Under the pieces are notes generated by a model, which worked only from the letters and a program-made list of their open reading frames with translations, did no database searches and was not told where the DNA came from. DNA of 64,000 nt from Blepharisma stoltei ATCC 30299. Its lineage: Eukaryota > Protista > Ciliophora. The translations under genes and the position numbers were made by a program. The stretch spans positions 62,001-126,000 of the forward strand of contig CBFDEM010000024.1 in NCBI GenBank assembly GCA_965603825.1. Direction: 5' to 3'. Shown piece by piece: positions 24,775 to 37,111 of the stretch. Every line of letters starts with the position of its first letter. The stretch's first letter is position 1.

Positions 24775-26079
24775 ATGCACTTCTTCAGTGGCGGCGGCGG
24801 AGGTTTCCCATTCGAAGATTTTTTTAGTCAACAAGGCCCTCAAGAACCAGAAGAAGAGGTTGACAACACTCGCTTTTACACTTTACTTGGAGTCGACAAG
24901 TCAATATCCTGCGCTGATGTCAAAAAAGCATTTAGACAATTAGCCAAAACCAAGCATCCTGATAAAGGCGGAGATCCTAAGGAATTTCAAGAAATCACCC
25001 ACGCTGCTGAAATCCTTTCAGACCCAGAAAAAAGAAAAGTTTATGATAGATATGGCGAGAAAGGCATCAATCAAGGGATGACTGGCGGTGACACTGAAGC
25101 CACAAGCATATTCGATTTATTGTCAGGAAGAGGCGGAAGAAGAAGAGAACAAAGCGGCCCACAGCGAGGAGAGGACGCGACGCATACTTTGAAAGCCAGC
25201 TTGGAAGAGATTTATAATGGCGCCGTCAAAAAAATCGCAATTAACAGAGACCGAGTCTGCCAGGCCTGCAACGGAGAAGGAGGGACTAACGCAAAAACTT
25301 GTAGTGGATGCAAAGGCAGAGGAATGGTCAACAAACTCCAAATGATTGGCCCTAATATGTATACCCAATCAGTTGGTGCATGTGACGACTGCAACGGCAC
25401 AGGCAAAACATATGATGCCAAAAACCGCTGCAAGGAATGTAAAGGTAAAAGGATTTTCCAAGAGCGCAAAGTCATTGAAGTTACTATTGACAAAGGTATC
25501 CCGAACCACCACAAATACTCATTTATGGGAGAAAGTGATGAGAAACCTGGAGTCTTGCCTGGTGATCTTATAGTAATTATTGAAGAAAAGCATCATGAAA
25601 TATTCAAGCGCAAGCATGCCGACTTGATTTTGCTGAAGAAAATCACAATAAAAGAAGCCCTGACTGGCTATAAATTCAAAGTAGCCCATCTGGATGGGAC
25701 AGAAAAGATCATTGAATCTACTCCAGGAGACATTATAAAGCCAGGTGACGTCAGAACAGTAAGGGATCTTGGCATGCCCATAATGAGGACTCCTTTTAAA
25801 TTCGGAAACTTATTTGTAACTTTTGAGGTCGAATTTCCCCCACCGAAATCGTTAAACGCTCGACAAATTGAGGAGCTGAAAAATTTGATACCTGGAGAGT
25901 CTATGGAAATTGACAGCGCAGGTGCTGAAAAACATATGACGATTGAGTTTGATAAGTCGCATCAGACAGAAAATAATACCAAGATTCATTCAGACTATAA
26001 AGATGAAGAAGAAGATGATTTAAATGATCCAAGATTTGAAGGAGCCAGAAGAGTTAATTGTTCTGGGGTTATATTTTAG
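24775..26079 (+). CDS. DNAJA: Type I DnaJ / Hsp40 co-chaperone (Ydj1/DNAJA family)
   Basis: J-domain with HPD, four CxxCxGxG-type zinc repeats, DnaJ C-terminal domain GMPIMR..GNLFVTFEVEFP. Confidence 0.95.
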   Translation: MHFFSGGGGGFPFEDFFSQQGPQEPEEEVDNTRFYTLLGVDKSISCADVKKAFRQLAKTKHPDKGGDPKEFQEITHAAEILSDPEKRKVYDRYGEKGINQGMTGGDTEATSIFDLLSGRGGRRREQSGPQRGEDATHTLKASLEEIYNGAVKKIAINRDRVCQACNGEGGTNAKTCSGCKGRGMVNKLQMIGPNMYTQSVGACDDCNGTGKTYDAKNRCKECKGKRIFQERKVIEVTIDKGIPNHHKYSFMGESDEKPGVLPGDLIVIIEEKHHEIFKRKHADLILLKKITIKEALTGYKFKVAHLDGTEKIIESTPGDIIKPGDVRTVRDLGMPIMRTPFKFGNLFVTFEVEFPPPKSLNARQIEELKNLIPGESMEIDSAGAEKHMTIEFDKSHQTENNTKIHSDYKDEEEDDLNDPRFEGARRVNCSGVIF

Positions 26080-26250
26080 ATAATTTCTTGAATAAATTTA
26101 GTATTATATTTTTAAATATGGCGAAAGCCTGAAATTATCGGCCATACTGAGAAAATTTTTAAACTATACCTTACTATTTTGATTTATTTTAGTAAAGATT
26201 AATAAAATTCAAAATAATTAATCATGATGGGTTTAAAACTAAACTCATAC

Positions 26251-26802
26251 TTAATCTGCGCATAGAATTGAAGTCAATTCAGACCCCCTCTTATATCTTC
26301 TTCTGTTTTTCGCTTTAAAGTGAGTTTGCATAGCGTTTTCGATCATACTTAAAACATTTGTATTAGCTTTGCTAAAACCCTCTTTTTCTAGAATATCCTC
26401 AATTTCTAAAAGAAGCCCAGAATTTTGATGGACACCTAAAATTTTCACTATGTCGTCTTCTAGCAGTCTGTGATTGATAAAGTTGAACAAGGAAATGCTG
26501 TTTAAAATTTCGTGCTCAGCTTCCTTTTTGAGCTCTGATGTATTGTCAAGAGTTTTTAGGAGTTCTTGAAGATGTGCAATTTTTCCCTCTATGTATAAGT
26601 GCTTTAATTTCAAAAGAACAGCTTTTTCTCTATTCATTTTCATGATGCAGATGTCAGTTGCTTCACTGCATTTGCTATTTAGCCGGCTCATATAAAAAAT
26701 TTTTTCAATTAGGTTTTTTCTGGCTTCAATGATGCTAGGACTTGCCTCTGTAAGTACTTCTGAGTTTAAATCCCCACTGAGTGACCCAAAACGAAATTCC
26801 AT
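26251..26802 (-). CDS. Hypothetical helical protein
   Basis: 183-aa ATG..TAA ORF between AT-rich spacers; no recognised motif. Confidence 0.6.
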   Translation of the reverse strand: MEFRFGSLSGDLNSEVLTEASPSIIEARKNLIEKIFYMSRLNSKCSEATDICIMKMNREKAVLLKLKHLYIEGKIAHLQELLKTLDNTSELKKEAEHEILNSISLFNFINHRLLEDDIVKILGVHQNSGLLLEIEDILEKEGFSKANTNVLSMIENAMQTHFKAKNRRRYKRGSELTSILCAD

Positions 26803-27150
26803 CTGTTTGTTATATTATATATAAAGAAATCGAATTTCTGGAAATATGGCAAGTATAAAAAAAATGCATGGATCAGGGAGAAATAAAGTCAAATACCTTG
26901 GCAGAAGGGTAGATATTGTTTCATAGTAGCTAAATTGACTGCATAAGTCAAATGAAATAGTTTTACGACTATAAATCATAAAAATATAAAAATAAAATTA
27001 AAATTATTACTACTTTCATTGACCTAAATTTGAATTACCTTAGCTATAAAATAGTCTTAATATGCACATGTTTATCTTTCTATTTTATAGTCTGAGCTAT
27101 CAATTTCGGCATACCAAAAATTGCCCATTTTTACTAGAATATTCGTTTTA

Positions 27151-29523
27151 TTATAAACTGCTAAAATTATCGATTAAGACATTTTTCAGCGGAATTATCA
27201 GATCACTTTCTGCTTCATGTCCCATGTATTTCCTTATCTTCCTCTCATCAATCCGAGACAGACCTTCCAATTTTTCTAACAACCCAAACGATACTCCAAT
27301 TCTCGCTTCATCCTGCACCCACATGATTAATTTTCTGCAGCATTTTCTAATAATTTCAATATTTTCGTCATTTTCTAGCTCACTGGGATCTTTTGAGTTA
27401 TTTTCATGCACATAATCAATGGTAAAAGCTCTTAACCAATGATAAACATGTAAGCAATTTTCACTGAAAAAGTCAATTAATTCTTCTGATAACTCAGTAT
27501 TAATTTCTACAACGTGCGCAATGCACAAAATTGATTCCTGCTTAAATTCAAACTGGTACTGAAGAGTTTTTGAGTCTGAATGCTTTGATCTCCCATCAAT
27601 TTCTAAGCACCAAACCAAGGACTGTAAAAGCTCAGCTGAATACCCAAGCAGCTGTGACCTGAATTTTCTTAAAATTTGGCATGAGTTGATTTTGGTTTTA
27701 AAATTATTTTGCATTTTAATCGCTTGGATCAGATTTGGTATCAGCCTATCCGCAATCTCATAATGGGGCATGCTTTCATTTTCAAAAAACGCGAAAAATG
27801 CTTTGCATGAGTCCCAGCCTACTTTGGCAGTTTTATGTGAAAGGCCTTTTACACAAATTTCAAAAAGCTCATCAAAATACTGTTGGATTTGGTGGTAATT
27901 AAACATTTCAAAGAGATTAGAGATGGAAACAATTGCGTTCGAAACCACTTTTTCTCTTCGATTTTCGCTGCTGTCTTTAATAATATCCACAATTGTCTCA
28001 ATTCTGCTTAAACTGATCGGATTCAAGCAGAAATAAGAAAGGGCTAGAGATGCGTTAATGGCGACACTTAAGTTGCTTGTATCTCGGTGGGCAGAAATAA
28101 TGCTGATCCCTAAGTCAAAAAAATCTTCAGGGACAAGCTGAGCTTTAGCTAAAGTCCCAAATAATTTCATGACAATGCTTTTTAATAGTGATGGAGAATT
28201 TCCAGAAAAATCGAAATTTTCTAGAAAATAAATCAGGTCTTGGACTTGTTGAGGGTTAAGTACTGCTATGTCTGGGATCACTGCAAGAGTGCTGAGGCAA
28301 GGAGTCAAAGTATCGATAGGCTGTTTTTTAATCAAAATTAATGCTGTTTTTATGGCTGTATCAATAGCACAGCAATTAGGTTTGACACGGATGTACTCGT
28401 CAGTAATTTCATAAGCCTTTTTTTGAAGGGATAAGTTTTCAGAAAGCATAATGCTGCTTAATTTTTCTTGAATTCAGTCCTTGAATGCGTCCATCTCTTC
28501 TGGGTAATTTTTTATTAATCTTTCGAAGAGCTCAAGTCTTTCTTCGATAAAATCTTGGCTGCCAAGAACATGATAGACAAAATCATAAGTCAAAATGTGC
28601 TTTATTTTTTCAATCCTTTCTTTGAAAGCTGCAATAAGGCATTTCACGACTCCAAATCTGATGTCTGGAATGAAAGCGCCCAGATGAATCATAATTGATT
28701 CAGTGATTTTCAATAAATGGGATGGGGAAAATGCCTGGTAACGGGTTTTTGAAATCAATGCAGCTGTGGTTTTTAATACAGCAATCAGCACTTCAGGAGC
28801 TAATTGGGACCTAAGCATAAAATTGATGATTTCATGCAAATTGTCCATAATCCCTACAAGTTCATGGAACTTTGAATTTAAAACTCTGCCGGTAATATCC
28901 AAAGATTCCATAGTCTCGATTTCAGGAAACTCCTCTATAAGTGAGGCAAGAGACGAAGCTGCTGATGCACGAATTTCATTACTCGAGTCATTTAGCATCA
29001 TATAGATCAACGGTGTTTGTGCAGAAACGCTTTCATGCACATTTCCCCTCACATCAGAAGGTAAAGCTGCACTGATAAATTCGAAAAGAATTTTCCCATG
29101 TTTCTTACAAATAATTTGGATGCAGCTGATTAGGCCTGATCTGATCCTGACATGCATAGGGTTTTTGAGTTTTTTGGCGCTTTGGCTTTTTTTCTCTATA
29201 GCTACAGCCCGATGTACCAGAGCTTGAATTGCCGATCATAAGGCAACAATTTTTTCAGGGTCGTCAGCAGTGGCTTGCTTATTCTTTGATTTTTGGATTT
29301 CTTTATGCAAACAGTTCTTTTTTAGTAGCTCCTGCTCAGATCCACTCAGGCTAATTTGGAACATTTTTTTGATGAGATCTTGATAATCCTGAAAGAGCTG
29401 CTGGTCTTCTGGGTCCAAATTTTGTGGAAGCCAAGGGATTTTATTATATTTTCTTGGGTTTATTTTTTGCTTTGGACCGTTTTCGGGTTTTGCCTTGGGA
29501 TTATTTGGTTTAATAGATGCCAT
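27151..29523 (-). CDS. HEATR6: HEAT repeat-containing protein 6-like (DUF4042)
   Basis: Three ORFs joined in frame by TGA at 29236 and 28474; VRIRSGLISCIQ..LIYMMLNDSSNEIRASAASSL; C-terminal KVGWDSC and NFKTKINSC. Confidence 0.75.
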
Positions 29524-30164
29524 AAATGTATTATTTAAATCAAGAATGAGAAATTGATAGGGACATTGGAATCGAGATAGAGTAAAAATTATGAGTTCAC
29601 AGCTGTGACTTGTAAATGCAAGATAGAAAGCTAAGCTAGGTTATTTAAGAAAAATTAATAACAGAATTTGTATTTTTGCCAGTTTCAATTATTACTGGGT
29701 TTATAAATGGAGGCTGCTGTATTCCATTCATTAAAATTAAACTAATTATGCAAGTAAAAACTATTTCTTTACCTTAATCAGGAATTTGAGCTCAATACAA
29801 ATTTAATTATTTATGCATATACTGATACTGTGAACACAGAATAGCCATTTTCGTATTTTTAAGTGACAGAAAGCTAAAGTAAATTTTTATTATTTTAAAA
29901 AAAATACTTAAATTTTATTTTTGTATGCAAAAAGTCTATTTCCAGTTTAATTTACTGTCAATCGCACTATTAATAAAGCTATACTCATTTTATTAATAAA
30001 ATATTATCTAAATTTTAAATTATCCATTTGTCTCCTACAAAATATCACCCTACCTTTTCAAATCATCATCAGAATTTTTTAATTCTTTAAAATAATCAGT
30101 GAGCTCCTCCATTTTCCCATAAAACTAACAGAATTTCTTATGGTTTTCCAATACAGTAATAAAT

Positions 30165-31706
30165 ATGAGCAGTCCTTCCATAGTCAACATATATGACGGC
30201 TCAGATGGCCATGCTGCTGAGACAGTTTTCAGCTCAGGAGTGTATGCATACACCTATGACGACATCATTTTGATGCCAGACCATATAAGTTTTCCAGTTG
30301 GCAGTGTCGATCTTTCCACTCGTGTATCAAAAAACATCAGATTAAATCTTCCGTTTTTGTCATCTCCTATGGATACTGTTACTGAAAGTCGTATGGCTCT
30401 AGGAATGGCTCTTCAAGGTGGTATGGGATTTATCCACTATAATAACTCCATTGAAGAACAAGCCTGGAAAATTGGAAATGTCAAGAGGTTTAGAAGTGGC
30501 TTCATTGCTAGGCCTTACTGTTTAGGCCCAGAGGCAACTTTAGAGGACGTTGACAGAGTTTTTGCAGAGAGAGGCTTTTCAGGGTTTCCTATTACATCTA
30601 CTGGTAGCGTAGGTGGGACTCTTTTAGGACTGATTACTACAAGAGACCACGATTTTATCCAAAATAGACAAAAAAAGATCACTGAGGTGATGACCCCTGC
30701 CAAAGACTTAATTACTGCTGACAGCAAACTTTCTCTTGAGCTTGCCCAAGAGATTATGAAATCCAATAAAAAAGGAAAACTGCCTATTGTAGACGAAGAA
30801 TTCAATCTAGTTTCTTTAATTTCTAGAAGTGACTTAAAGAAAGCCAAAAGTTTCCCTCTGTCCACTAAAAACGCCAACAATAAACTTATGGTCGGTGCAG
30901 CTGTCGGGACAAGAGAGTCAGACAGACAAAGACTGGAAGCCCTTTACGCTGAAGGTGTAGACGCCATTGTGATTGATTCTTCACAAGGCGACTCAGATTT
31001 CCAAATTGAAATGCTTAATCACATCAAAAGGACTTTCCCATCTTTAGACGTTATCTGTGGAAACATCGTCACAGTTAGACAAGCAAGGCGGCTTATAGAA
31101 GCTGGCTGTGATGGTCTCAGAGTTGGCATGGGCGCAGGCTCAATTTGTACTACACAAGAAGTCTGTGCTGTCGGAAGAGCCCAAGCAACCGCAGTTTACC
31201 ATGTATCGAAATTTGCCAAACAATTCGGAATCCCTGTGATTGCTGATGGAGGAGTTTCTAACTCAGGGCACATCATAAAGGCCATCACTTTAGGAGCTAG
31301 CTGCGTCATGATGGGCAGCATGCTTGCTGGTACTGAAGAAGCCCCTGGAGATTTCTTTTTCCAAGACGGCGTCAGAGTCAAAAGATATAGAGGAATGGGC
31401 TCATCGGAGGCTATGCAGAAAGGCTCGAAAACCCGATACTTCGGAGATACTGCAAATATTCAGGTACCACAAGGTGTCAGTGGAACAGTTATTGATAGAG
31501 GTACAATAAAGACCTTGATTCCTTATTTAACTCAATCTGTAAGACATGGTCTGCAAGACGCAGGGGTCCAAAGTATTAGGCAGGCTCATGAATTTTTGTA
31601 TGAAGGAAGACTTAGATTTGAAGTCAGAAGTGGCGCTGCACAAAGAGAAGGAGGCGTCCACAATCTTTTTTCATATGAAGGGAAATTAGGAAATAAAAAC
31701 AATTAA
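30165..31706 (+). CDS. IMPDH: Inosine-5'-monophosphate dehydrogenase
   Basis: [12 protein letters not shown] pair, [18 protein letters not shown] (catalytic Cys), YRGMGS. Confidence 0.98.
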   Translation: MSSPSIVNIYDGSDGHAAETVFSSGVYAYTYDDIILMPDHISFPVGSVDLSTRVSKNIRLNLPFLSSPMDTVTESRMALGMALQGGMGFIHYNNSIEEQAWKIGNVKRFRSGFIARPYCLGPEATLEDVDRVFAERGFSGFPITSTGSVGGTLLGLITTRDHDFIQNRQKKITEVMTPAKDLITADSKLSLELAQEIMKSNKKGKLPIVDEEFNLVSLISRSDLKKAKSFPLSTKNANNKLMVGAAVGTRESDRQRLEALYAEGVDAIVIDSSQGDSDFQIEMLNHIKRTFPSLDVICGNIVTVRQARRLIEAGCDGLRVGMGAGSICTTQEVCAVGRAQATAVYHVSKFAKQFGIPVIADGGVSNSGHIIKAITLGASCVMMGSMLAGTEEAPGDFFFQDGVRVKRYRGMGSSEAMQKGSKTRYFGDTANIQVPQGVSGTVIDRGTIKTLIPYLTQSVRHGLQDAGVQSIRQAHEFLYEGRLRFEVRSGAAQREGGVHNLFSYEGKLGNKNN

Positions 31707-31719
31707 TAGAGTCTTTTAG

Positions 31720-32574
31720 TTAATTAGATTTGGAAAGCAAATACTCAGTTAAAAGGGTTATTTCGGGAAGAATTTCTTGAGAAGAGTAAGAATAAATAAA
31801 GCTAAGGCATTCTGTTATTGGTAAAGAAAAATTTGGGAATGATAAAGTGCATAATATTGTTTTTAGCATTTTATCGGTAACTTTGGCTTGTATGCAGCTG
31901 CAATCTTGTGTTTTCGCATAAAAGTCTAAGGAGTTATCAGTCAGGTTTTCGTCTATATTTGAAGGTGGATTTTTAACACCTGACACAATTTCTTTCACAA
32001 AATTGATAAAAACGCTTTTGGAGATACTTGAAGCATCTTCAATATTTTTCCAATAAACCATCAAATAAAATAGCATTAAATCGTCTTTTTCTTCCAAAGT
32101 GATAGGCTGATGTGTAAATTTCACGAAATGTTTCCCAAAAGGAACTTTTTTCAGTCTTCCTCTTCACTCCCCTCTCAGCACCTCATAATTCCTCACCAGC
32201 AAAGGCTCCACAAATCTTTTGCTTTTCTGCGAATCCATCATCCACAGCATTATAGGTATCAAATTAAAAAACAACCTCGACCCTGCAGCTGCATATTTTT
32301 CAAATAACCCTTTAATTTCTATATCTGCCCTCGCTATACAACAATACAAGAAATTTTCCAAGCCATCACTATTTTCCAGGTTTTTTGCCTCCTCAATAAC
32401 TTTTGCATAGGCTTTAAACGTCTGTGAATCGACATCATAAAAATTGCTTTTTAGCATCCCTTCAAAAAACAATGGAAATTCCTCTGTTGTCCTAGGCTCT
32501 CTATAAGGAAAATCTTGGCTTTTTTGCGTCTGAACTCTGCCTGTGTCTACCTCATCTTCGCTAGAACTTTCCAT
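31720..32574 (-). CDS. Hypothetical helical protein with weak resemblance to hyccin/FAM126
   Basis: Two ORFs joined in frame by TGA at 32164 (284 aa); LFEKY..LFFNLIPIMLW..VEPLLVRNY resembles the hyccin core. Confidence 0.5.
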
Positions 32575-32590
32575 TTATATAAAATTCAAA

Positions 32591-33769
32591 ATGATTGAAG
32601 AAAGACTTGCCGCAGAGCTTCAACGTCGTCAGCTTGACCGTGAGCGAGAAAAGCGCGAAGTCCAGCGCATCTGTGCAGAGAGTGAAGAACTGCGAGATCT
32701 TCGCCAAAAGCTCAGTGCGGCTTATGTTAATAAAGAAAGAACAGCGCAGTTACAAGAACTTCACGCAAGACGTGAAGAGGAGGTCTTGAGAGACGCCTAT
32801 ATTGAAAAAGCGATGCTGAAAAATGCAGAAAATCAGCTTAAACTTCAAGCTCAGATGGAAGAAGAAAAGAAGCGTGAAAGGCTGAAGTCAAAAGAGGTGT
32901 TACAGCAGCAAATGATTGAGAGAGAGCAGTTACGCCAAGAAGCTTATAATGAATACCTTAGAGAAAAGGCCCAGGTTGATGCTTTGGTGCAAAAATTGAT
33001 TGATGAAGACCAAGACTCCTTAAGAAGGATGGAAGAAAAAAAGCAGCAAGCAATCAGAGATATGGAAGAAAGCGTCAGACTAAGACGAAACCAAATTCAA
33101 GCTGCAAGAGAGCGAGAAATGAGAGAAGCAGAAGCCCTGAGACAGTACCAGCTCGAAAAAGAAAGACGAGAAGAAGAAATCGCCTTACTCCGAGCTAAAA
33201 AAGAAGAAGCCAGAAACGAAATTTTTGACAGGCTGCAAGCTGAAGAAGAGCGCCGCCGTGCAGAACAAGACTACATAGAAAAGTTGCGAAACGACTTATA
33301 CTATGAAGAATTCGAATACAATGAAAGAATGCGTGACCAAGAAAGAGCTGAAAAAATGAACAAGATAAAAGAAGAACTTATGATTGCCAACGAGTACCAA
33401 AAGAAGCTCAAAGAAGAACAGAAAAAAGAAGACATCAGGCTTGAAAAAGAATTCAAAGAACAAATGATGAGAAAATTCGCTGAAGATGACAGAATTGAGC
33501 AAATGAACGCCCAGAAAAGGAGAATGAAAGAGCTGGAGCACAAAAGACAAGCTGACGCCTTGTGGCAGCAGAAGCTAGAAATGCTGCAAAGAGAAAGGGA
33601 AAGAGAAGCAGAAGAGGAAAGAAAGACAAAAGAAGAAGAAATGAGAAAGAAAGAAATTGTGGAAAGAGAAAGGCAAAGACTGCTTCAGGAGTACGCTCCT
33701 CATGTGGCTGAGTTTTTGCCGAAAGGTACTTTGAGAACGCAAGACGAAAGAGTTTACTTAAGAAGATAA
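32591..33769 (+). CDS. MNS1: MNS1-like axonemal coiled-coil protein (TPH domain)
   Basis: ESEELRDLRQKLSAAYVNKER, KFAEDDRIEQMNAQKRRMKELEHKR, FLPKG; first ATG at 32591. Confidence 0.9.
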   Translation: MIEERLAAELQRRQLDREREKREVQRICAESEELRDLRQKLSAAYVNKERTAQLQELHARREEEVLRDAYIEKAMLKNAENQLKLQAQMEEEKKRERLKSKEVLQQQMIEREQLRQEAYNEYLREKAQVDALVQKLIDEDQDSLRRMEEKKQQAIRDMEESVRLRRNQIQAAREREMREAEALRQYQLEKERREEEIALLRAKKEEARNEIFDRLQAEEERRRAEQDYIEKLRNDLYYEEFEYNERMRDQERAEKMNKIKEELMIANEYQKKLKEEQKKEDIRLEKEFKEQMMRKFAEDDRIEQMNAQKRRMKELEHKRQADALWQQKLEMLQREREREAEEERKTKEEEMRKKEIVERERQRLLQEYAPHVAEFLPKGTLRTQDERVYLRR

Positions 33770-33783
33770 TAATTTTAGTAAAA

Positions 33784-36723
33784 TTATCCACGGAGTCTGA
33801 TAAGCTCGGTGACGAGCTGCTCTTCTAAATCACCGTCAGCAATAGTGAAAGGCGCGGAGTGGTCTTGGGAAACTAGAATAAGCTCTTGGTTTCTCATATC
33901 TAGTACATTGCCGACGACATAGTCAACTTCATATTTGGAAAGAGCATTATGGCAGGATTTGAGAAGCTCTTTAGGATCAGTTTCCAGCTTGAAAGAAACG
34001 ACTAAAGCTTTGCTGCAGATCTTCTTGATTAAGCCAAGCTTCTTTGGGGTAGGAACTAATGATAAATCTAGCTTAGGTAGGTCACTTTTGATTTTGTGGG
34101 TAGAAGGAGGCCCTGAAAGCATAAAGTCGCTTACAGCAGCTGACAGCACAAAAATGGTATTTTCTTGGTATTTTTTAGCCTCAATTGTAATTTCTTCTAA
34201 TCTTGCAAGGTAATTATCTACAGTGATAAATTCCTGGATCAGCAGCTTTCCTCCATCTTTATAGCTCTGGAATTTATTTATTAAGCTTTGAATATCTGCA
34301 GCAATTTCTGGTGTTTTCAGCACATCATGCTGATTTATAAGTCTTAAAAATGGCAATTTTCCTGTATTTCTCGTCAAAAATAGCACAGTGTAGCCTTTCT
34401 CCAAAAACTGCTCAGCGATTTTTGACCCTCTTTGCCCAGTGGAGAAATTTTCAATCGACCTAACAGTATGCTGTTCAAGAGGAACTGAGGTTCCACCTGA
34501 CGTAACCACTGCCACTTTTCCTTTGGCTTGCTCAAAGAATAGTTTTACTTCTTTTCTAAATGAAGAGTTCCCTGTGTATTCTTCATCAGAATTGAAAATT
34601 AATTGCAAACAGTGTCTGGTAACAGCATTCATAGCAGATATTCCTTCATCCCAAGAGACATTTCCTTCTTCTTGAGCCAAGTTGCTATTAGGGTCTAATG
34701 GCAAATCAGATACATAGTAAAGATACCTGCTCGGGACATCTTTTTTAATAAATCCTGCATCTATACCTTGCTGGACGCCTTGGGCGAAGTAGCAGCCTTC
34801 CATTTCTAAGCCAATGCAGCCTTGTAAATATAAATAGTATTTAAGCAAAAATGAATTTTGAAGCACCGTTCCGCCAACTGTAAGCATTGGCCCGACATGG
34901 ACATCACACTCAGCCATTTTGCTGAGCCTTTCTGGGTTGAGCCCTGAAGGATTAGCTCTTGTAACAGTCTGTGAGGTTTCGTCAAAAAACTTGGTAGCTA
35001 TCAAGATATCAGTTCTTTCTCCTACAAGTCCTCCTGCTTTTCCAATTATGTTAAAAGAATTTATAGAATTCCCAAACAGCAACGTTAAACATTTGACTAT
35101 ATCCAGGCACTGTTTCCCAAACGTATAGCCAATATTCACAACAAGGTGTAACAGTCCTCTAGGCTTAGGCACGAAATGGGGATCTACAAAGTTCGGGTCA
35201 ATTTTGCTGACATTAATAAGGAGTACTCTGACACCTGTCATCTCGGTTTCTTCAATTTTATGAATTCCTGCTGCTTTTTCTCTTTCTGCCTTTTTCACTT
35301 CTTCTTCTGGGAATTCTTTAAAGTAGTAATAAGCCATCGCACAAAGCTCGTCAATCGCGTTAGGGAATTCTTTGGTTTTCAATACTTTTCCAGACTTGCT
35401 GAACCATTCTTTGATATCATTTTGCTTTTCAAACACATAAGGACTTAGCGTGTTAAGCAGAGTTCTGGTGCTTCCTTGAATTACGTCGACAGTAAGTCCT
35501 AAGTTTATAGCTTCTCCAATAGAAACTGAGCCTACTTCTAAGCAGACCTGACACTCGTTCCACAGTCTAGCAGCCCATCTTTCACCTGGATCAGCTGTAA
35601 GATGCATTCTGGGGATATAAATAAACATATTGAAGTCTTCATGGTGGAGAATAATTTCTGCACATCTTTTATAGCAGTCTGTAGGCCAAATTTCTTTTAG
35701 CCCTTCCAGAGTTCCTTCTGGTAAGGCTAAGGAGTCCAATTGGTCATTATTTAAAAGCATTTGGATAATATCTGGAGTCCTTAAGAAGTCGCGCAGTTTT
35801 CTGCTTTCTAGGATATGAATGCACAAATTTGACAGAAAATCGAGTAAATCAGTTTCTAGCTCTCTAAATACAACGATATTTTTTCCTCTCATTTGAGTAA
35901 AAATTGTTCTGGCCCTTGCGCTGCTTTTTACTGGAATATTGAACTCTGGGTGGTTTAATATTAGTGGCAGCCTTGTGGTCCCATAAAACACAAAAGTACT
36001 TGTAATGTCTTCAGGGAGCCTTCTAATTGCATATTTTCAAGCTGAAATGTCAATTTCTGAATTATTCATCCCAGGGTGCAATGAAGAATTGATTTCTTTA
36101 TAAATTTCCACGAGCCTGATTAAGTCAATTTCTCCTCTTTGCGCTCCTTCTGAAACAAAGCTTCTGAATTTTTGTAAAGGCAAAAATATATGCTGCTTCT
36201 CTACGAGTGACCTTGCGATTAGTAAAGTAAACTGCTTTTCAGGGACGATGAGCTTCATTAAGCAGTCTTTTGGACAGATCATGACGATAGAGTCATCACT
36301 GGCTGTTTTTATTGTATAAGCTGTTTTTCCAAGTATGCAGCCTTCAATTCCAAAACTGTCTCCTGGGAATAGATATTCAGAAAAGCTGGAATTAGTGTCA
36401 GATGTCGCACAAGCTTGTCCTTCAATCATGATACCAAATTCACTTGTATCTCCAGAAATAAGGATTGGGAAATTTGATGCCCTGAAGTTTATGAATCTTG
36501 AAGAGCTGATCAATAGGTCTCTTTCTTCGAGATTGAGGTAGAGGAATGGTGGCGAAACTGACAGGAGTTTTTTGATTTTTTCATAGTCGTAAGTGATTTC
36601 TTCTTTAAGGCCAACGTGGGTTGAAAAAATTTTATTCTCACTTAAGGCTCTTTTGAGGCGAAGGGAGATGTGCTCTTGACTGAAAAGCTCGTCGACAAAG
36701 GACTTACCTGATGGGCTTGACAT
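33784..36723 (-). CDS. Fusion: cyclic-nucleotide-binding domain + DUF6909/nucleoside-phosphorylase-fold domain + phosphopantothenate-cysteine ligase (PPCS/CoaB)
   Basis: ORFs joined in frame by TGA at 36037 (979 aa); cNMP-like [18 protein letters not shown]; [37 protein letters not shown]; [39 protein letters not shown]. Confidence 0.85.
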
Positions 36724-37111
36724 ATTTATGCCAATGGTTGAATCCTATTAATTTCCGTAAATTTTGGGAATTTACGAACTGGTGACAAAGAAAATGAATA
36801 AAAAATATTTTTATGTTATATTTCTGATTTTTTAGAAATTGATTTATATCAAAAATATAATTTAAAATGACTAATTATGCTTGGGTATCTAATAAAATAT
36901 AAATTTTAAAAAATTATTATAATCTTCAATCTATATAAATACACATTATTATTTGTGGAGATTGATAAAATCGAGTCTTATTGTCTATACAATAGATTAT
37001 TTTTTTTATATCTAAACTGACACTATTCTTTTATTAAAGTAAAATATGATAGACTCCAAAAATAAAATATATAAAGTTCATGAATTAGTAGCAATTTTAT
37101 ACCGACAATTC

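Noticed and set aside
26065-26079. Non-canonical GG-AG 15-nt intron at the DnaJ 3' end
   Set aside because: Lacks the position-10 A found in all eight introns, and removal does not create a CaaX
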